DNA from: an uncultured Clostridium sp.
GTDB lineage: Bacteria > Bacillota > Clostridia > TANB77 > CAG-465
Reading direction: 5' to 3'
Length of the DNA stretch: 64,000 nucleotides
Assembly: GCA_948470565.1 (NCBI GenBank)
Contig: CAOKPF010000002.1
Span: 127 to 64,126, forward strand
Positions 1 through 10,474 of this stretch are shown here, piece by piece. Each line of letters opens with the position of its first letter. The stretch's first letter is position 1. The notes beneath the pieces were generated by a model that saw only the letters and a program-made list of their open reading frames with translations, did no database searches and was not told where the DNA came from. The translations under genes and the position numbers were made by a program.

Positions 1-918
1 TATGAAATTACTTATCTTGAATCAAAATTAAACTCAGAAACAGCCCCTCTAGCGAGAGGATATGATGTAATTTGCATATTTGTAAATGATGTAGTTGATG
101 AAAAAACGTACAATATTTTAAAAGAATGTGGAGTAAAATTAATAGCACTACGCTGTGCAGGATATAACAATGTTGATATAAAACATTTAGATGGAAGTAT
201 TAAAATTGTAAGAGTTCCTGCATATTCACCATATGCAGTTGCGGAACACGCTACTGCCCTACTTCTTGATATAAACAGAAAAATATATAAAGCTTATCAG
301 AGAACTAAAAAATATAATTTTTCTTTAAATGGACTTCTGGGATTTGATATAAATGGTAAAACAGTTGGTGTAATAGGCACTGGAAAAATCGGAAAAGTCT
401 TTATTAAAATAATGCGTGGTTTTGGAGCAAATGTAATTGCATATGATGTATATCAGGATACTAAAGCTGCCAAAGATTTAGAATTTGAATATGTTGACTT
501 AGATACATTATATAAAAATTCTGATATAATATCACTACACTGTCCATTAACAGATGATAATTATAAAATGATAAATAGTGATAGTATAAGTAAAATGAAA
601 AATGGAGTTATTATCCTTAATACAAGTAGAGGAAAATTAATTGATACCAATAGTTTAATAGAGAAACTATCAGCTGGAGAAATTGGTGGAGTTGGATTAG
701 ATGTTTACGAAGATGAAGAGGAATTTTTCTTAAATGACTTAGAAAACTCATATAAACGTGATGAAGGATTATCAATTCTTTTATCTATGCCAAATGTAGT
801 TATTACTTCTCATCAAGCATTCTTTACAAAAGAAGCATTAAACAAAATTGCAAATGATACCTGCGAAAATATAAAGGATATATTTGAAACAGGAAACTGT
901 GAAAATGAAGTAAAATAA
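1..918 (+). CDS. ldhA: D-isomer-specific 2-hydroxyacid (D-lactate-type) dehydrogenase, 5' end outside window
   Basis: Frame 1 is open from nt 1 (YEITYLESKL...) and continuous with listed ORF 412-918. Contains NAD-binding GVIGTGKIGKV plus NTSRG and SHQAFFT motifs of the D-LDH family. Confidence 0.85.
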   Translation, partial: YEITYLESKLNSETAPLARGYDVICIFVNDVVDEKTYNILKECGVKLIALRCAGYNNVDIKHLDGSIKIVRVPAYSPYAVAEHATALLLDINRKIYKAYQRTKKYNFSLNGLLGFDINGKTVGVIGTGKIGKVFIKIMRGFGANVIAYDVYQDTKAAKDLEFEYVDLDTLYKNSDIISLHCPLTDDNYKMINSDSISKMKNGVIILNTSRGKLIDTNSLIEKLSAGEIGGVGLDVYEDEEEFFLNDLENSYKRDEGLSILLSMPNVVITSHQAFFTKEALNKIANDTCENIKDIFETGNCENEVK

Positions 919-925
919 ATAAAAG

Positions 926-969
926 ACAGAAAATATTTGATGATTATATCAATCTATTTTCTGTTTTTA
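926..969 (+). terminator. rho-independent terminator after ldhA-like gene
   Basis: 10-bp stem acagaaaata/tattttctgt followed by a T run. Confidence 0.65.
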
Positions 970-971
970 TT

Positions 972-1078
972 ATATTTATAGTAAATTTATTGAAAATTCT
1001 CCTATAAATCTATTATTTCAAATCACGCTATTTTTCAATCTCATACATTATTTTTGCATACAAGGGTATACATATTGT
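972..1078. repeat. 107-bp direct repeat, copy A (holds a 16-codon 3' remnant of an MFS-like gene)
   Basis: About 94% identical to 3625-3730. The minus strand reads TICIPLYAKIMYEIEK*, versus TICIPLYAKIMYETEK* at the real gene end. Confidence 0.85.
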
Positions 1079-1126
1079 TGTAGATTTGCATATAAAAAGA
1101 TATAAAAAATAAAAGAAAAAATCGCT

Positions 1127-1312
1127 TTAAACTTCTAATGTTTCATTTTTATAATTTGGTATAGTTTTTAAATAATCTATACTTGTTACTTTTAAAAATT
1201 CATTATATTTGTTTGGATAATCTTCAAATCTTTCTATTTTCCAATCATCAGCAATACCAATTACTAAAGTTCCACCACTAGCATTTGCAAAACTTGCTAC
1301 AAAATTTGCCAA
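1127..1312 (-). pseudogene. fragment of an AlbA_2/Schlafen-type DNA-binding domain protein
   Basis: FANASGGTLVIGI motif. The frame is open upstream without a start or RBS and is then interrupted; only about 60-80 codons remain. Confidence 0.35.
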
Positions 1313-1752
1313 TTCTTTTACAGGTTTTCTTGCACTTTTTATTCTAAAAATATTGCATTTTTTGGAGCATCTTTTTATAAGTTCTTAAATGGCGTTACAA
1401 CCTGTATTAATTTACGTTTACGGCATTTTTATTTTTGATGGATATTCTTATAAATTGTTATAATTTCTTATATTTTCGCTTTCAAAAGTAGTAAATTAGT
1501 AGTAAAAATTTAGAAATTGTTTAAAGTATTAATTATAAATAAAAAAAAATACTATGTCATTACATAGTTTAAGAGTATCTTTTGATAAAGACGAGACTAG
1601 TGGCGTAGCCACTTAAGTCTTCGCCATAATAAGGTATAGTATTATCCCTATTATGTAGCATGTAGCAAAATTTTGTAATAATTACAATTTCATCATTTTA
1701 TCTTTTAAAGCTTTAGGCATTTTTTCTAATGCATACCTAAAAGTTGTTCTAC

Positions 1753-2331
1753 TTAAAATAGTAACGTTTCTTTTAAGTATCTTATTGTTTCTTTTGGATA
1801 ACTTAAATAAGAATATTTTAAAACCCATCCTAATGCTTTTTGAATATGAATATGCTTATCTTCTTTTAACATATCACATAATATAAATATTTTATCAATA
1901 TCATAATTAACCTCAAATTCATTTTTTGAAATAATAAAACAAACAAGTGACGCACGACGAACATATATTAATTTAGATTTAGTCCAATTAATAATATTAG
2001 TATATAATTCAGGATATTTTTGAATCATTGGATTAATTACACGATAACAATACGCATCACATTTTCCCCAAGTATTAACGTACCTATATAACCAATTTTC
2101 ATATGAATTGAAATATTCTATATCATATAACTTTCTTTTTTTAATTATTAATGTCATTAAAATAAAAGTTTCTTCTTTTTCTATACTTAGCAAATTATCA
2201 AAAAAATTTATAACATCAACATTATTTTCTAATAATAATTTATTAATTTTATTAACATTAGAAGTAACATCTTTGTATCCATTTAGATTAATAACAATGC
2301 TTTCTGCTTCATTCATCAAATTTATCTCCAC
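1753..2331 (-). CDS. DNA alkylation repair (AlkD-like HEAT-repeat) protein, C-terminus apparently frameshifted
   Basis: WGKCDAYC and HIQKALGWVLKYSY..P motifs. The expected C-terminal tail (TTFRYALEKMPKALKDKMMKL*) lies in another frame at 1690-1760, after an A/T run at 1767-1774. Confidence 0.6.
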   Translation of the reverse strand: MEINLMNEAESIVINLNGYKDVTSNVNKINKLLLENNVDVINFFDNLLSIEKEETFILMTLIIKKRKLYDIEYFNSYENWLYRYVNTWGKCDAYCYRVINPMIQKYPELYTNIINWTKSKLIYVRRASLVCFIISKNEFEVNYDIDKIFILCDMLKEDKHIHIQKALGWVLKYSYLSYPKETIRYLKETLLF

Positions 2332-2749
2332 ATATTTCTATTACATTTTTTTCAGGATCATATATATTGAAATAGTAATATGGTTCAGTGATATTAACAT
2401 ACATAATATCTGATACTTCGCATATTTCTAATGCTTTAATTCTTTCATAATCTCTTTTCAAGTTATTTGAATAAAAATTAAGTGTAATAATATTATTTAC
2501 AGCTTTTCCTTTGCTTTGTTTAAAATTTTCTATAAAAGATTGATTATAATTCTTATTAGTATTTTCTTTTATTGTTTCAATATCATATAGTCGGTTATAA
2601 ACAGATAATTTATTTCCAAAGTCAAATTCTACCCATCTATTTTCTGTATAAATATTGCCTTTAATTTGAAACACTTTTTCATAAAAATCTACAACTTCAT
2701 TAAATTTATCAGTTTCTATATAAGTACAACATAATTCCATAATTAACAT
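2309..2749 (-). CDS. small VOC/glyoxalase-fold-like protein
   Basis: 146-aa ORF; the FYEKVF...WVEFDFGNKLSVYN pattern resembles glyoxalase/bleomycin-resistance folds. Assignment is weak. Confidence 0.4.
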   Translation of the reverse strand: MLIMELCCTYIETDKFNEVVDFYEKVFQIKGNIYTENRWVEFDFGNKLSVYNRLYDIETIKENTNKNYNQSFIENFKQSKGKAVNNIITLNFYSNNLKRDYERIKALEICEVSDIMYVNITEPYYYFNIYDPEKNVIEICGDKFDE

Positions 2750-3624
2750 CTCACTTTCTTGCCTTCATTCGATATAATTATACTATATTTTAGCATTATT
2801 TCAAATAATGTGCATTTATTTATCTTTTCAAATTATATTATAAAGTAGTAAATTAGTAGTAAAATATGTTTAGTTTTTTATATGGAGGCTTATAAATAAA
2901 TGAATATCATGGAATAACTAAACTTTTTTATCAAAAAACTGATTTTCTTTTTCTTCAGTCATATATTTCAATGTTAATATTAATTTTCTTGTGATACTAT
3001 CATCTAATCGCCTCATATTGTTTTCTAATTTTGCAACAGCTGTTTCCAAAATTATTATAACATTTATTTTCAAAAATTTCATTTAAATTCAAAAAAATAT
3101 AACATTGCATTATTATTTTTTACAAATCATCTTTTAAATATGTAAAAGTTTTATTTTTACTAAATTGTTACTTGGTGTAAACTTTTGCTATTACTATATT
3201 TTATTTTTTCGTTATAAGGAAATAAAATTGTTATCAATTTTCTCATATTTAGATTAAATTTATAATATGTGGTAATCTCTTTATCTTCTGACACCAATAT
3301 AACCGTAAAATAAATAGCTTATATTATTATTCGAATTTTTTTATACAACATATGTATATCTTAATTTGCAATTAGTTGTATATTTTTAGGCGCAAATCAA
3401 TACATACTTGGTAAATATTATTTCATGATTTATTTTTCATTTGTATCTAGGTTTTCTTGGCTTTCCTTTAAATTTTGTTTTATATTTTTCATACTCTTAT
3501 TTTGATTTTAAATAACTTTTATAGTTTTGTATAACTTTATTATTACTTGTTGTAATGTATGTGAATGTAAATACTCAGTATGCCAGTTATCTTATCTATA
3601 CTCTTTATATATTGCAGTTTGACC

Positions 3625-3730
3625 ATATTTATAGTAAATTTATTGAAATTCTCCTATAAATCTATTATCTCAAATCACACTATTTTTCAGTTTCATACAT
3701 TATTTTTGCATACAAGGGTATACATATTGT
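3625..3730. repeat. 107-bp direct repeat, copy B (overlaps the true 3' end of the MFS-like gene)
   Basis: Pairs with 972-1078. Confidence 0.85.
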
Positions 3731-4876
3731 AACAATCAATAATAATATCTTAAAATATATTACATTATTTAACAAACCTATTATAATCATAAATAAAAAT
3801 CCTGTTATTCTACCAATATCCATAAACAACTCTATAAATGTATGGTATTCAATTATCCATTCTTCTATATTTTCCTCTTTAACAAACTTACCACTTTTTA
3901 TTTTAAACATAACTTCCAATACACAAATAGTTATACTATATGTAAAATTATATAGTATTAATGTAGTTTTATCTATATTAAAAATTAACCCTAACACACC
4001 TAATACTGCTAATATTGAGCAAAGACTTAGCACTCCCTTTGCATATTTTTCTTGATATAATTTATTAAATATATACAATGATACTACTTGACATATTGAA
4101 AATATTGTTGTAAGAATTCCTAAATTAAGCGATGTTTTGAATGTCATAATTGTTATTACTATAACTAATACTCTTATTATATCCATTATAACACCATACA
4201 AGAAAGCAATTTTACACATTTTTCCAAACTTAATTTTTTGTTCCTGCGATAATTTTTTTATATAATTTCTTAAACTATATTTTTCATCACAACCTTTTGT
4301 CGTAAATTTATCCAGCTCAATTCTAAAAGATACTATTATTTGAATTAGTGTTATAGCAAAAATATATATGGCCATATTTACAAAGGAGCTAAGATTTATT
4401 GATATTCCTAGTACAATTGGAATAATTATATCAATAACCTTACCTGCAATTCTTGATACTACCATATACTTTTTTCTACTAAAATTATCTACAACATCTA
4501 TATTCATTACATCATGTGCAGACCAATACAAAGCCTCTGCTATTCCATAAAATATTGCAAAAATTACATAGTAGTTACTAATTTGTTCTTTAAATAATAC
4601 TATTAATAATATAAATACTGATTTTACTATAATTCCAACTCTATATACAGTTATTCTTTTATATGGTTTACTTTTCATTAATCTACCAAGTATCAAATTT
4701 TGAGTTCCTAATAATGTATATATAATTATATAATATATAGATATTTGAATTATATTTTCATTCGATATTTCTAGAAAATATGCAACTAAAAAAGTTTCAC
4801 CAAATAGCCTTACTATACTATTAGCCAAATCACATATCATTAATGCTTTTGAACTTTCATTAAACTTACTTTTCAT
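3680..4876 (-). CDS. polytopic membrane transporter (MFS-like)
   Basis: 398 aa, about 12 hydrophobic segments, no soluble domain. Confidence 0.5.
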   Translation of the reverse strand: MKSKFNESSKALMICDLANSIVRLFGETFLVAYFLEISNENIIQISIYYIIIYTLLGTQNLILGRLMKSKPYKRITVYRVGIIVKSVFILLIVLFKEQISNYYVIFAIFYGIAEALYWSAHDVMNIDVVDNFSRKKYMVVSRIAGKVIDIIIPIVLGISINLSSFVNMAIYIFAITLIQIIVSFRIELDKFTTKGCDEKYSLRNYIKKLSQEQKIKFGKMCKIAFLYGVIMDIIRVLVIVITIMTFKTSLNLGILTTIFSICQVVSLYIFNKLYQEKYAKGVLSLCSILAVLGVLGLIFNIDKTTLILYNFTYSITICVLEVMFKIKSGKFVKEENIEEWIIEYHTFIELFMDIGRITGFLFMIIIGLLNNVIYFKILLLIVTICIPLYAKIMYETEK

Positions 4877-4937
4877 ATAAAAACTATCTCCATACTTTTG
4901 AATATTTTTTTGTTAATAAATATAAAAAATAATCTAT

Positions 4938-5318
4938 TTAGTTTGAAAAATTCTTACTTTTATTCAAACTATTTCTTTTCTCTTCTATTTTTGATATTAC
5001 TTGTCTTCTAATTGTAGCAAAATTATTAATAATTCTACCGCCAAATAAAATTACTGCTGCAAGATAAATATCAACATTCAACTTTATCCCTATAAATACC
5101 AAAAATACTGCAATTATAGCATTTCCTAAAAAACCTGATATAAAAATATTCATTTTAAACTTATTATCCATATTTGCAGAAAGTGCACCAAATACAGAGT
5201 CTAAGCAGGCAAGTATTGCAACTGCCATATACTGTGAGTATGAATATGGTACTGAAATATTAAGTCCTGTCAATACTCCAGCAATTACAAACACTAATAT
5301 TATAAGAATTCCTACCAT
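4938..5318 (-). CDS. sbp: small basic protein Sbp (DUF1290)
   Basis: 126-aa membrane protein directly downstream of the DUF881 gene and ftsQ, as in the Bacillus divIB-ylxW-ylxX-sbp arrangement. Confidence 0.65.
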   Translation of the reverse strand: MVGILIILVFVIAGVLTGLNISVPYSYSQYMAVAILACLDSVFGALSANMDNKFKMNIFISGFLGNAIIAVFLVFIGIKLNVDIYLAAVILFGGRIINNFATIRRQVISKIEEKRNSLNKSKNFSN

Positions 5319-5335
5319 TTTTACTCCTCCCTCTT

Positions 5336-6163
5336 CTAATTATCGTCCTTTGCATGGGTAAAGTTTAACGTACCATCATATTTAGGTATTTGAATGTTAC
5401 TATTTCTTTGAACTGTAAGTTCAACTCCATGACTTTTTATCTGATCAGCTACACCATTTTTTATATTTATAGCACTTTCTAAATATTGTGCATTTCCAAT
5501 TACTTTTACTTCAAAAGGTGCTGCAACTCTTTGATAATTTACTTGTATAACTGAACCTACACAACGTATTGAAGAGGTTGAAATTAAACGCTGGTTATTT
5601 ATACATATAGCTTCTGCACCAGCACATCTAAGCTCATTTACAATAGTTATCAAATCACTATCATGTACAAGTACCTCCTCTTTATCTTCTGAATTTTGTG
5701 CAGTACCATCATCAAGAGTAATTATTATTCCCTCACCTTTAAGATTAGTTGTACCCGCAAGTGCAGCAAGTGTTTCATTTTGTGACTTCATAGAGGCAAT
5801 AAGCTTATTATTAGAAGCAGAGCTTGTCTGATATTCTTCTACAACACTTTGACTTTCCTCATATTTTTCTTTTAAATCATTATAATTATTTTGTAAAGTT
5901 ATATACTCATCAGCTAATTGATCTTCTCTTTTTCCAGCCAATACCTGTTCTGTATTGCTTATACTTTTCATCTGAGATGCAAGCATAAGACTTAAGAAAA
6001 ATAGTGCTATTCCAATAGTTGAATATTGTATAACTGAATGTTTATTAGAAAATTTTTTTATACTATAAAATATATTCTTCTTTTCGTTCTCAGTTTGTCC
6101 TACATTTTTTTCTTTTTCTTTTATATCATTTTTTTCTACATCTTTTTTTTCAAAATTTTCCAC
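5336..6163 (-). CDS. DUF881 division-cluster protein (YlxW/YlxX-like)
   Basis: N-terminal TM segment, coiled coil, GEGIIITLDD...VNELRCAGAEAICINNQRL...PFEVKVIGN motif. Confidence 0.75.
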   Translation of the reverse strand: MENFEKKDVEKNDIKEKEKNVGQTENEKKNIFYSIKKFSNKHSVIQYSTIGIALFFLSLMLASQMKSISNTEQVLAGKREDQLADEYITLQNNYNDLKEKYEESQSVVEEYQTSSASNNKLIASMKSQNETLAALAGTTNLKGEGIIITLDDGTAQNSEDKEEVLVHDSDLITIVNELRCAGAEAICINNQRLISTSSIRCVGSVIQVNYQRVAAPFEVKVIGNAQYLESAINIKNGVADQIKSHGVELTVQRNSNIQIPKYDGTLNFTHAKDDN

Positions 6164-6177
6164 TATATCACTCCTTT

Positions 6178-7167
6178 TTAGTAACCAGAAAGCACTGGTC
6201 TAGTTTTAGTCATATCAATTGTACCAGTCGTATCTTGAGATAATTTGTTTAAAATTCCCTCTAAAAATCCCATTTTATATTCCAAATCCGTATCATTTGG
6301 AAAGATACAATTAAGTTTATCATTTATTGTAATAGTTGTCAATGAATTTTCAAAATTTACTTTAGTAATATTGCCATCGATATTACTATTTACAAACTCA
6401 TTATATATTTTTACATATATAGCAATTTTAGATAAATCTACCTCATTAATTTTTTTACCAAGCTCAACTTCATTATCAAACGTAATTCCATACATATATA
6501 CTTCACTAGGCTTTTTAGAACTTGATTCACATTGTTCTAAAATATTACCATTATTATCTAATCTAAAAAATACATCTTTTTCTTTATCATATGCAAAATA
6601 TATGGATTCTCTTTCAATAACCTTGTATGTTAATTTATTAGGAAGCTCAATTCCTAAATTTACAGTTTCAATATATGGCAAGCTAGAAAAATCATGTTTT
6701 CTCCATTTAAATAATTGTACAAATATATTCCCACCTACATTTATATTAGCAACCTGTGAAATATCTGAAACTGTATATCTGTTAGTTCCATCAATATCAA
6801 GCGTTTCGAGCTTAAAATAATCAAGTGTCAATAACAAATATATTCCTACTGACAAAATAATAATAAAAAAAAGAAATAACATAAATTTTATAAACTTATG
6901 TGAATTTTTTTTCTTTGGTTTCTTTTTTTCATACTCCTTTTCAGTTTTTTTTGAAACTTTTTTATCTACACTTTTATCAGTTTTATATGTTTTTTTATCC
7001 TCATTAGTTTTTTCAATCTTTTTATTTTTTTTCGTATTATTTATTTCTATTTCATTTTGCTTTTTTTTCTCTACACTGCTTTTAACCTTCTCTTTTTTCT
7101 TTTCTCCATCATCTATTACAGCTCTTCTTCTTCGTGGCTGCTTTTCACTATAATCACTATCTTTCAA
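6178..7167 (-). CDS. ftsQ: cell division protein FtsQ/DivIB with Lys-rich N-terminal extension
   Basis: Single TM segment followed by a POTRA-like region (LETLDIDGTNRYTVSDI); lies downstream of murG. Confidence 0.75.
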   Translation of the reverse strand: MKDSDYSEKQPRRRRAVIDDGEKKKEKVKSSVEKKKQNEIEINNTKKNKKIEKTNEDKKTYKTDKSVDKKVSKKTEKEYEKKKPKKKNSHKFIKFMLFLFFIIILSVGIYLLLTLDYFKLETLDIDGTNRYTVSDISQVANINVGGNIFVQLFKWRKHDFSSLPYIETVNLGIELPNKLTYKVIERESIYFAYDKEKDVFFRLDNNGNILEQCESSSKKPSEVYMYGITFDNEVELGKKINEVDLSKIAIYVKIYNEFVNSNIDGNITKVNFENSLTTITINDKLNCIFPNDTDLEYKMGFLEGILNKLSQDTTGTIDMTKTRPVLSGY

Positions 7168-7175
7168 GTTACCAC

Positions 7176-8309
7176 CTACTTCTTTAGTACCTCTACAATA
7201 TTTTTATAAATATTTTCACTTACATTTTCTTGTCTTACATCACTAAAATTTCTTGTCATTTTTGTATAGTTAATATCTTGTATCATGCTAACTAGTAAAT
7301 CATACAATACATCTATATTTAAATCTTTTTCTTCAATTATATTTGCTACATTTAACTGTTCTAGTACTTTTGCATTATAAAATTGATGATTTTCTGTTGC
7401 ATATGGAAGTGGTATAAGTATTGCTGGTCTGCTTGCAATTTCTAACTCTGTTATAGTCATAGCTCCTGCTCTTGTAATACAAATATCTGCTACTTTATAC
7501 ATTTGCTCCATCTTATACACAAATCTTTCAACCTTTATATAATCATCTATATTAATATTTTGTGTATATAAATCTTTTCGTATATCATCAATTATTTTAA
7601 TAATTTCATCATAATTTTTTGGACCTGCAACTAAAACAAAAAACAATTCTTTACTAAGTTTTTGCCTTACTAGTTCAATTATAACATCATTAATCCTTTT
7701 TGCACCTTGACTACCACATGTAACTAAAACAATCTTTTTAGTAATTTTTTCAAGTCCTAAATTCCTTTTACATAAGTTTTTATCTAATTTATCCATAGTA
7801 CTACTACTAAATCTAGCAAGATTTCCAGTATATACTACATTTTTTTTATTTTTAAGCCTAGCTCTTGCCTCTTCAAACCCTACTAAAACTCTAGCAGCAT
7901 TATTTGCAAGTAACTTTACTGAAAGTCCTGGGAAAGCATTACTCTCATGCAATATATATGGAATTTTCAATTTTCTTGAAGCAAGCATTACAGGTACACA
8001 TATATACCCACCTGTACCAATAACAAGGTCTGGTTTAAACTCCATTAATATTTTTTTTGCATCACCAATACCGCTATATGCTCTAAAAAGAGAAGAAATA
8101 TTTTTCAACGTAAAGCGCCTTACAATTTTACCAGTTCTAACATGTGAAATTTTATACCCTGATTTTGGCACAATTTCATTTTCTAGACCATTACTAGTTC
8201 CAATAAACAAAAATTCTGAATCCTTTTCATTAGATTTTATAACATTAGCTATTGCTATTGCCGGATTTATATGTCCACCTGTACCCGCACATGCAAAAAC
8301 TACTCTCAT
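7176..8309 (-). CDS. murG: undecaprenyl-PP-MurNAc-pentapeptide GlcNAc transferase MurG
   Basis: MRVVFACAGTGGHINPAIAIA N-terminus, GGYICVP, TRAGAMTITE motifs. Confidence 0.95.
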   Translation of the reverse strand: MRVVFACAGTGGHINPAIAIANVIKSNEKDSEFLFIGTSNGLENEIVPKSGYKISHVRTGKIVRRFTLKNISSLFRAYSGIGDAKKILMEFKPDLVIGTGGYICVPVMLASRKLKIPYILHESNAFPGLSVKLLANNAARVLVGFEEARARLKNKKNVVYTGNLARFSSSTMDKLDKNLCKRNLGLEKITKKIVLVTCGSQGAKRINDVIIELVRQKLSKELFFVLVAGPKNYDEIIKIIDDIRKDLYTQNINIDDYIKVERFVYKMEQMYKVADICITRAGAMTITELEIASRPAILIPLPYATENHQFYNAKVLEQLNVANIIEEKDLNIDVLYDLLVSMIQDINYTKMTRNFSDVRQENVSENIYKNIVEVLKK

Positions 8310-8339
8310 TTATTATCACTTCCATTCTAGCAAAAAATA

Positions 8340-9485
8340 TTATTTTTTACAAGTTCTTGATATATTTAACACGACTCCCATTGCAAAAAGATTTATTGCA
8401 AGTGATGTTCCACCATAACTAAAAAATGGTAATGGCATACCTGTAACAGGAATAGTACAAGTTACAACTGCAATATTTACAATAATTTGAAGTGCAAAAA
8501 CACTTGTAATTCCAGCTGCTAAAAGTGAACCATACATATCTTTAGCCGTTATAGCTATTCTATAACCTCTATATATAAAAAATGTAAATAATGCTACTAC
8601 ACTTATACTTCCAACTAGACCTAGTTCTTCACCTAAAATTGCAAAAATAAAGTCATTTTGTGCTTCTGGTAGCCATAGATATTTTTGTCTACTCTGTCCT
8701 AAACCTCTACCAAATATTCCACCTGCACCAATTGCATACAAACTTTGAGCAGCCTGCCAGTTTGCACCCTTTATGTCCTCTTCAGGATTCATAAACGACA
8801 TTATTCTTTTTAATCTAAATGGTTCTGCAATAATAAATCCTGCTACAACTATTCCACCAATAATTATTATAGGTATAATATATTTTAATTTTATCTTAAT
8901 TCCACTTGCAAAAATAACTGATACTGCCGCAATAATCATTACTAAAGTTCCACTAAGGTGCTTTTGCAAAAACATTATAAAAATTACGAGTGCTAACATT
9001 AGAAATGGTTTTATATACCCTTTTATACTATTTAATTTTCTGTAATTTTTAGTCAAATATGTAGCTATTCCTAGTACTGTTGCAAGTTTCATAATCTCTG
9101 AAGGTTGAAATGTAAAGTTACCATAACCAAGCCATCTAGTTGCACCATTTCTCGTTTGCCCTATCCCTGGTATAAGTACTAAAATCATCATAATTATGGA
9201 TATAAAATAAAACATATATCCATATTTTTTATACGTATTATAATCTATATTAGATATTATAAGCATAGCTATTACACCAACTATGGCAAATAATAGTTGT
9301 CTTGATAAATAATGGTTACTATTTGAATAATTAGTAAGTGCTGAATATGAACTTGCAGATGATACCATTACAAGACCTATTGCTAGCAATATAAATATAG
9401 TAGCAAGCATACTAAAATCTATATTATTACTATTATTTCCACCATTAAATATTTTCTTTCTCCCTACAATACTTATCTTTTTCAT
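8340..9485 (-). CDS. ftsW: SEDS-family FtsW/SpoVE
   Basis: 10-TM protein with PSEIMKL, LWLPEAQNDFIFA and PFFSYGGTS motifs. Confidence 0.9.
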   Translation of the reverse strand: MKKISIVGRKKIFNGGNNSNNIDFSMLATIFILLAIGLVMVSSASSYSALTNYSNSNHYLSRQLLFAIVGVIAMLIISNIDYNTYKKYGYMFYFISIIMMILVLIPGIGQTRNGATRWLGYGNFTFQPSEIMKLATVLGIATYLTKNYRKLNSIKGYIKPFLMLALVIFIMFLQKHLSGTLVMIIAAVSVIFASGIKIKLKYIIPIIIIGGIVVAGFIIAEPFRLKRIMSFMNPEEDIKGANWQAAQSLYAIGAGGIFGRGLGQSRQKYLWLPEAQNDFIFAILGEELGLVGSISVVALFTFFIYRGYRIAITAKDMYGSLLAAGITSVFALQIIVNIAVVTCTIPVTGMPLPFFSYGGTSLAINLFAMGVVLNISRTCKK

Positions 9486-9500
9486 AATAACCTCTTTTAC

Positions 9501-10454
9501 TTATATAATATATGCTACACCACAAAGAATAAGTGTTGCAAACCAAAACATTAAAACTACATTTGTTTCTTTAATTCCGCTAAGTTCTAAATGATGATGG
9601 AAAGGTGCCATCTTAAATATTCTTTTTCCTTTCGTAAGTTTAAAATATGCTACTTGTAAAATTACAGACAATGTATCTAATATACATACAAACGCAACAA
9701 TTGCTAAATATAGTGGCATTTTTAATATTATAGCAATACTTGCAACTGCTCCACCAAGTGCTAAAGAACCTGTATCTCCCATAAATACTTTAGCAGGATG
9801 AGCATTAAATACTAAAAAGCCTAAGCAAGTTCCTGTAACTGAACTGCCTAAAATTGCCATATCAGTATTTCCATCTTTTACAGCAATTATTGTAAAGAAA
9901 GTCATAATAATTGCTACTACTCCTGAAGCAAGCCCATCAAGTCCATCGGTAAGATTTACTGCATTACTAGTTGCAAGTAGTATAAATGCTGTAAATACTA
10001 TAAATACTCCAACTGATAAATTTACAGGTTGGTTATATATAGGTATAATAATGTCAGTTCCAAGTTTAAATACATTTAAATACAAAAATATAAATATTGC
10101 TGTGACAATAAACAAACCTAGCATTTTCATTTTAGGAGATAAACCATTACTACTTTTTAATATTAATTTTATATAATCATCTATAAAACCTATTATTCCA
10201 CATCCTAGTATTGCAACTATAGGTAATAGCAAAGTGTGATTATGTATTGCTCTTATCCCAAGAAGCACGGTTACAACAATAATCATTACAACTCCACCCA
10301 TTATAGGTGTACCACTTTTCTTTAAATGTGATTCAGGACCATCATCTCTTACTATCTGACCTATTTTTAATTTTTTTAGTATAGGTATTACAAATGCTCC
10401 TAATATTACAGTAGCAATAAAAGCAATTACCAAATTTAGTGTCTGTAAATTCAT
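9501..10454 (-). CDS. mraY: phospho-MurNAc-pentapeptide translocase MraY
   Basis: GTPIMGG, NAVNLTDGLDGLA, MGDTGSLALGG, APFHHHLE motifs. Confidence 0.95.
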   Translation of the reverse strand: MNLQTLNLVIAFIATVILGAFVIPILKKLKIGQIVRDDGPESHLKKSGTPIMGGVVMIIVVTVLLGIRAIHNHTLLLPIVAILGCGIIGFIDDYIKLILKSSNGLSPKMKMLGLFIVTAIFIFLYLNVFKLGTDIIIPIYNQPVNLSVGVFIVFTAFILLATSNAVNLTDGLDGLASGVVAIIMTFFTIIAVKDGNTDMAILGSSVTGTCLGFLVFNAHPAKVFMGDTGSLALGGAVASIAIILKMPLYLAIVAFVCILDTLSVILQVAYFKLTKGKRIFKMAPFHHHLELSGIKETNVVLMFWFATLILCGVAYII

Positions 10455-10474
10455 ATATTTCTCCTTCCAAAAAA

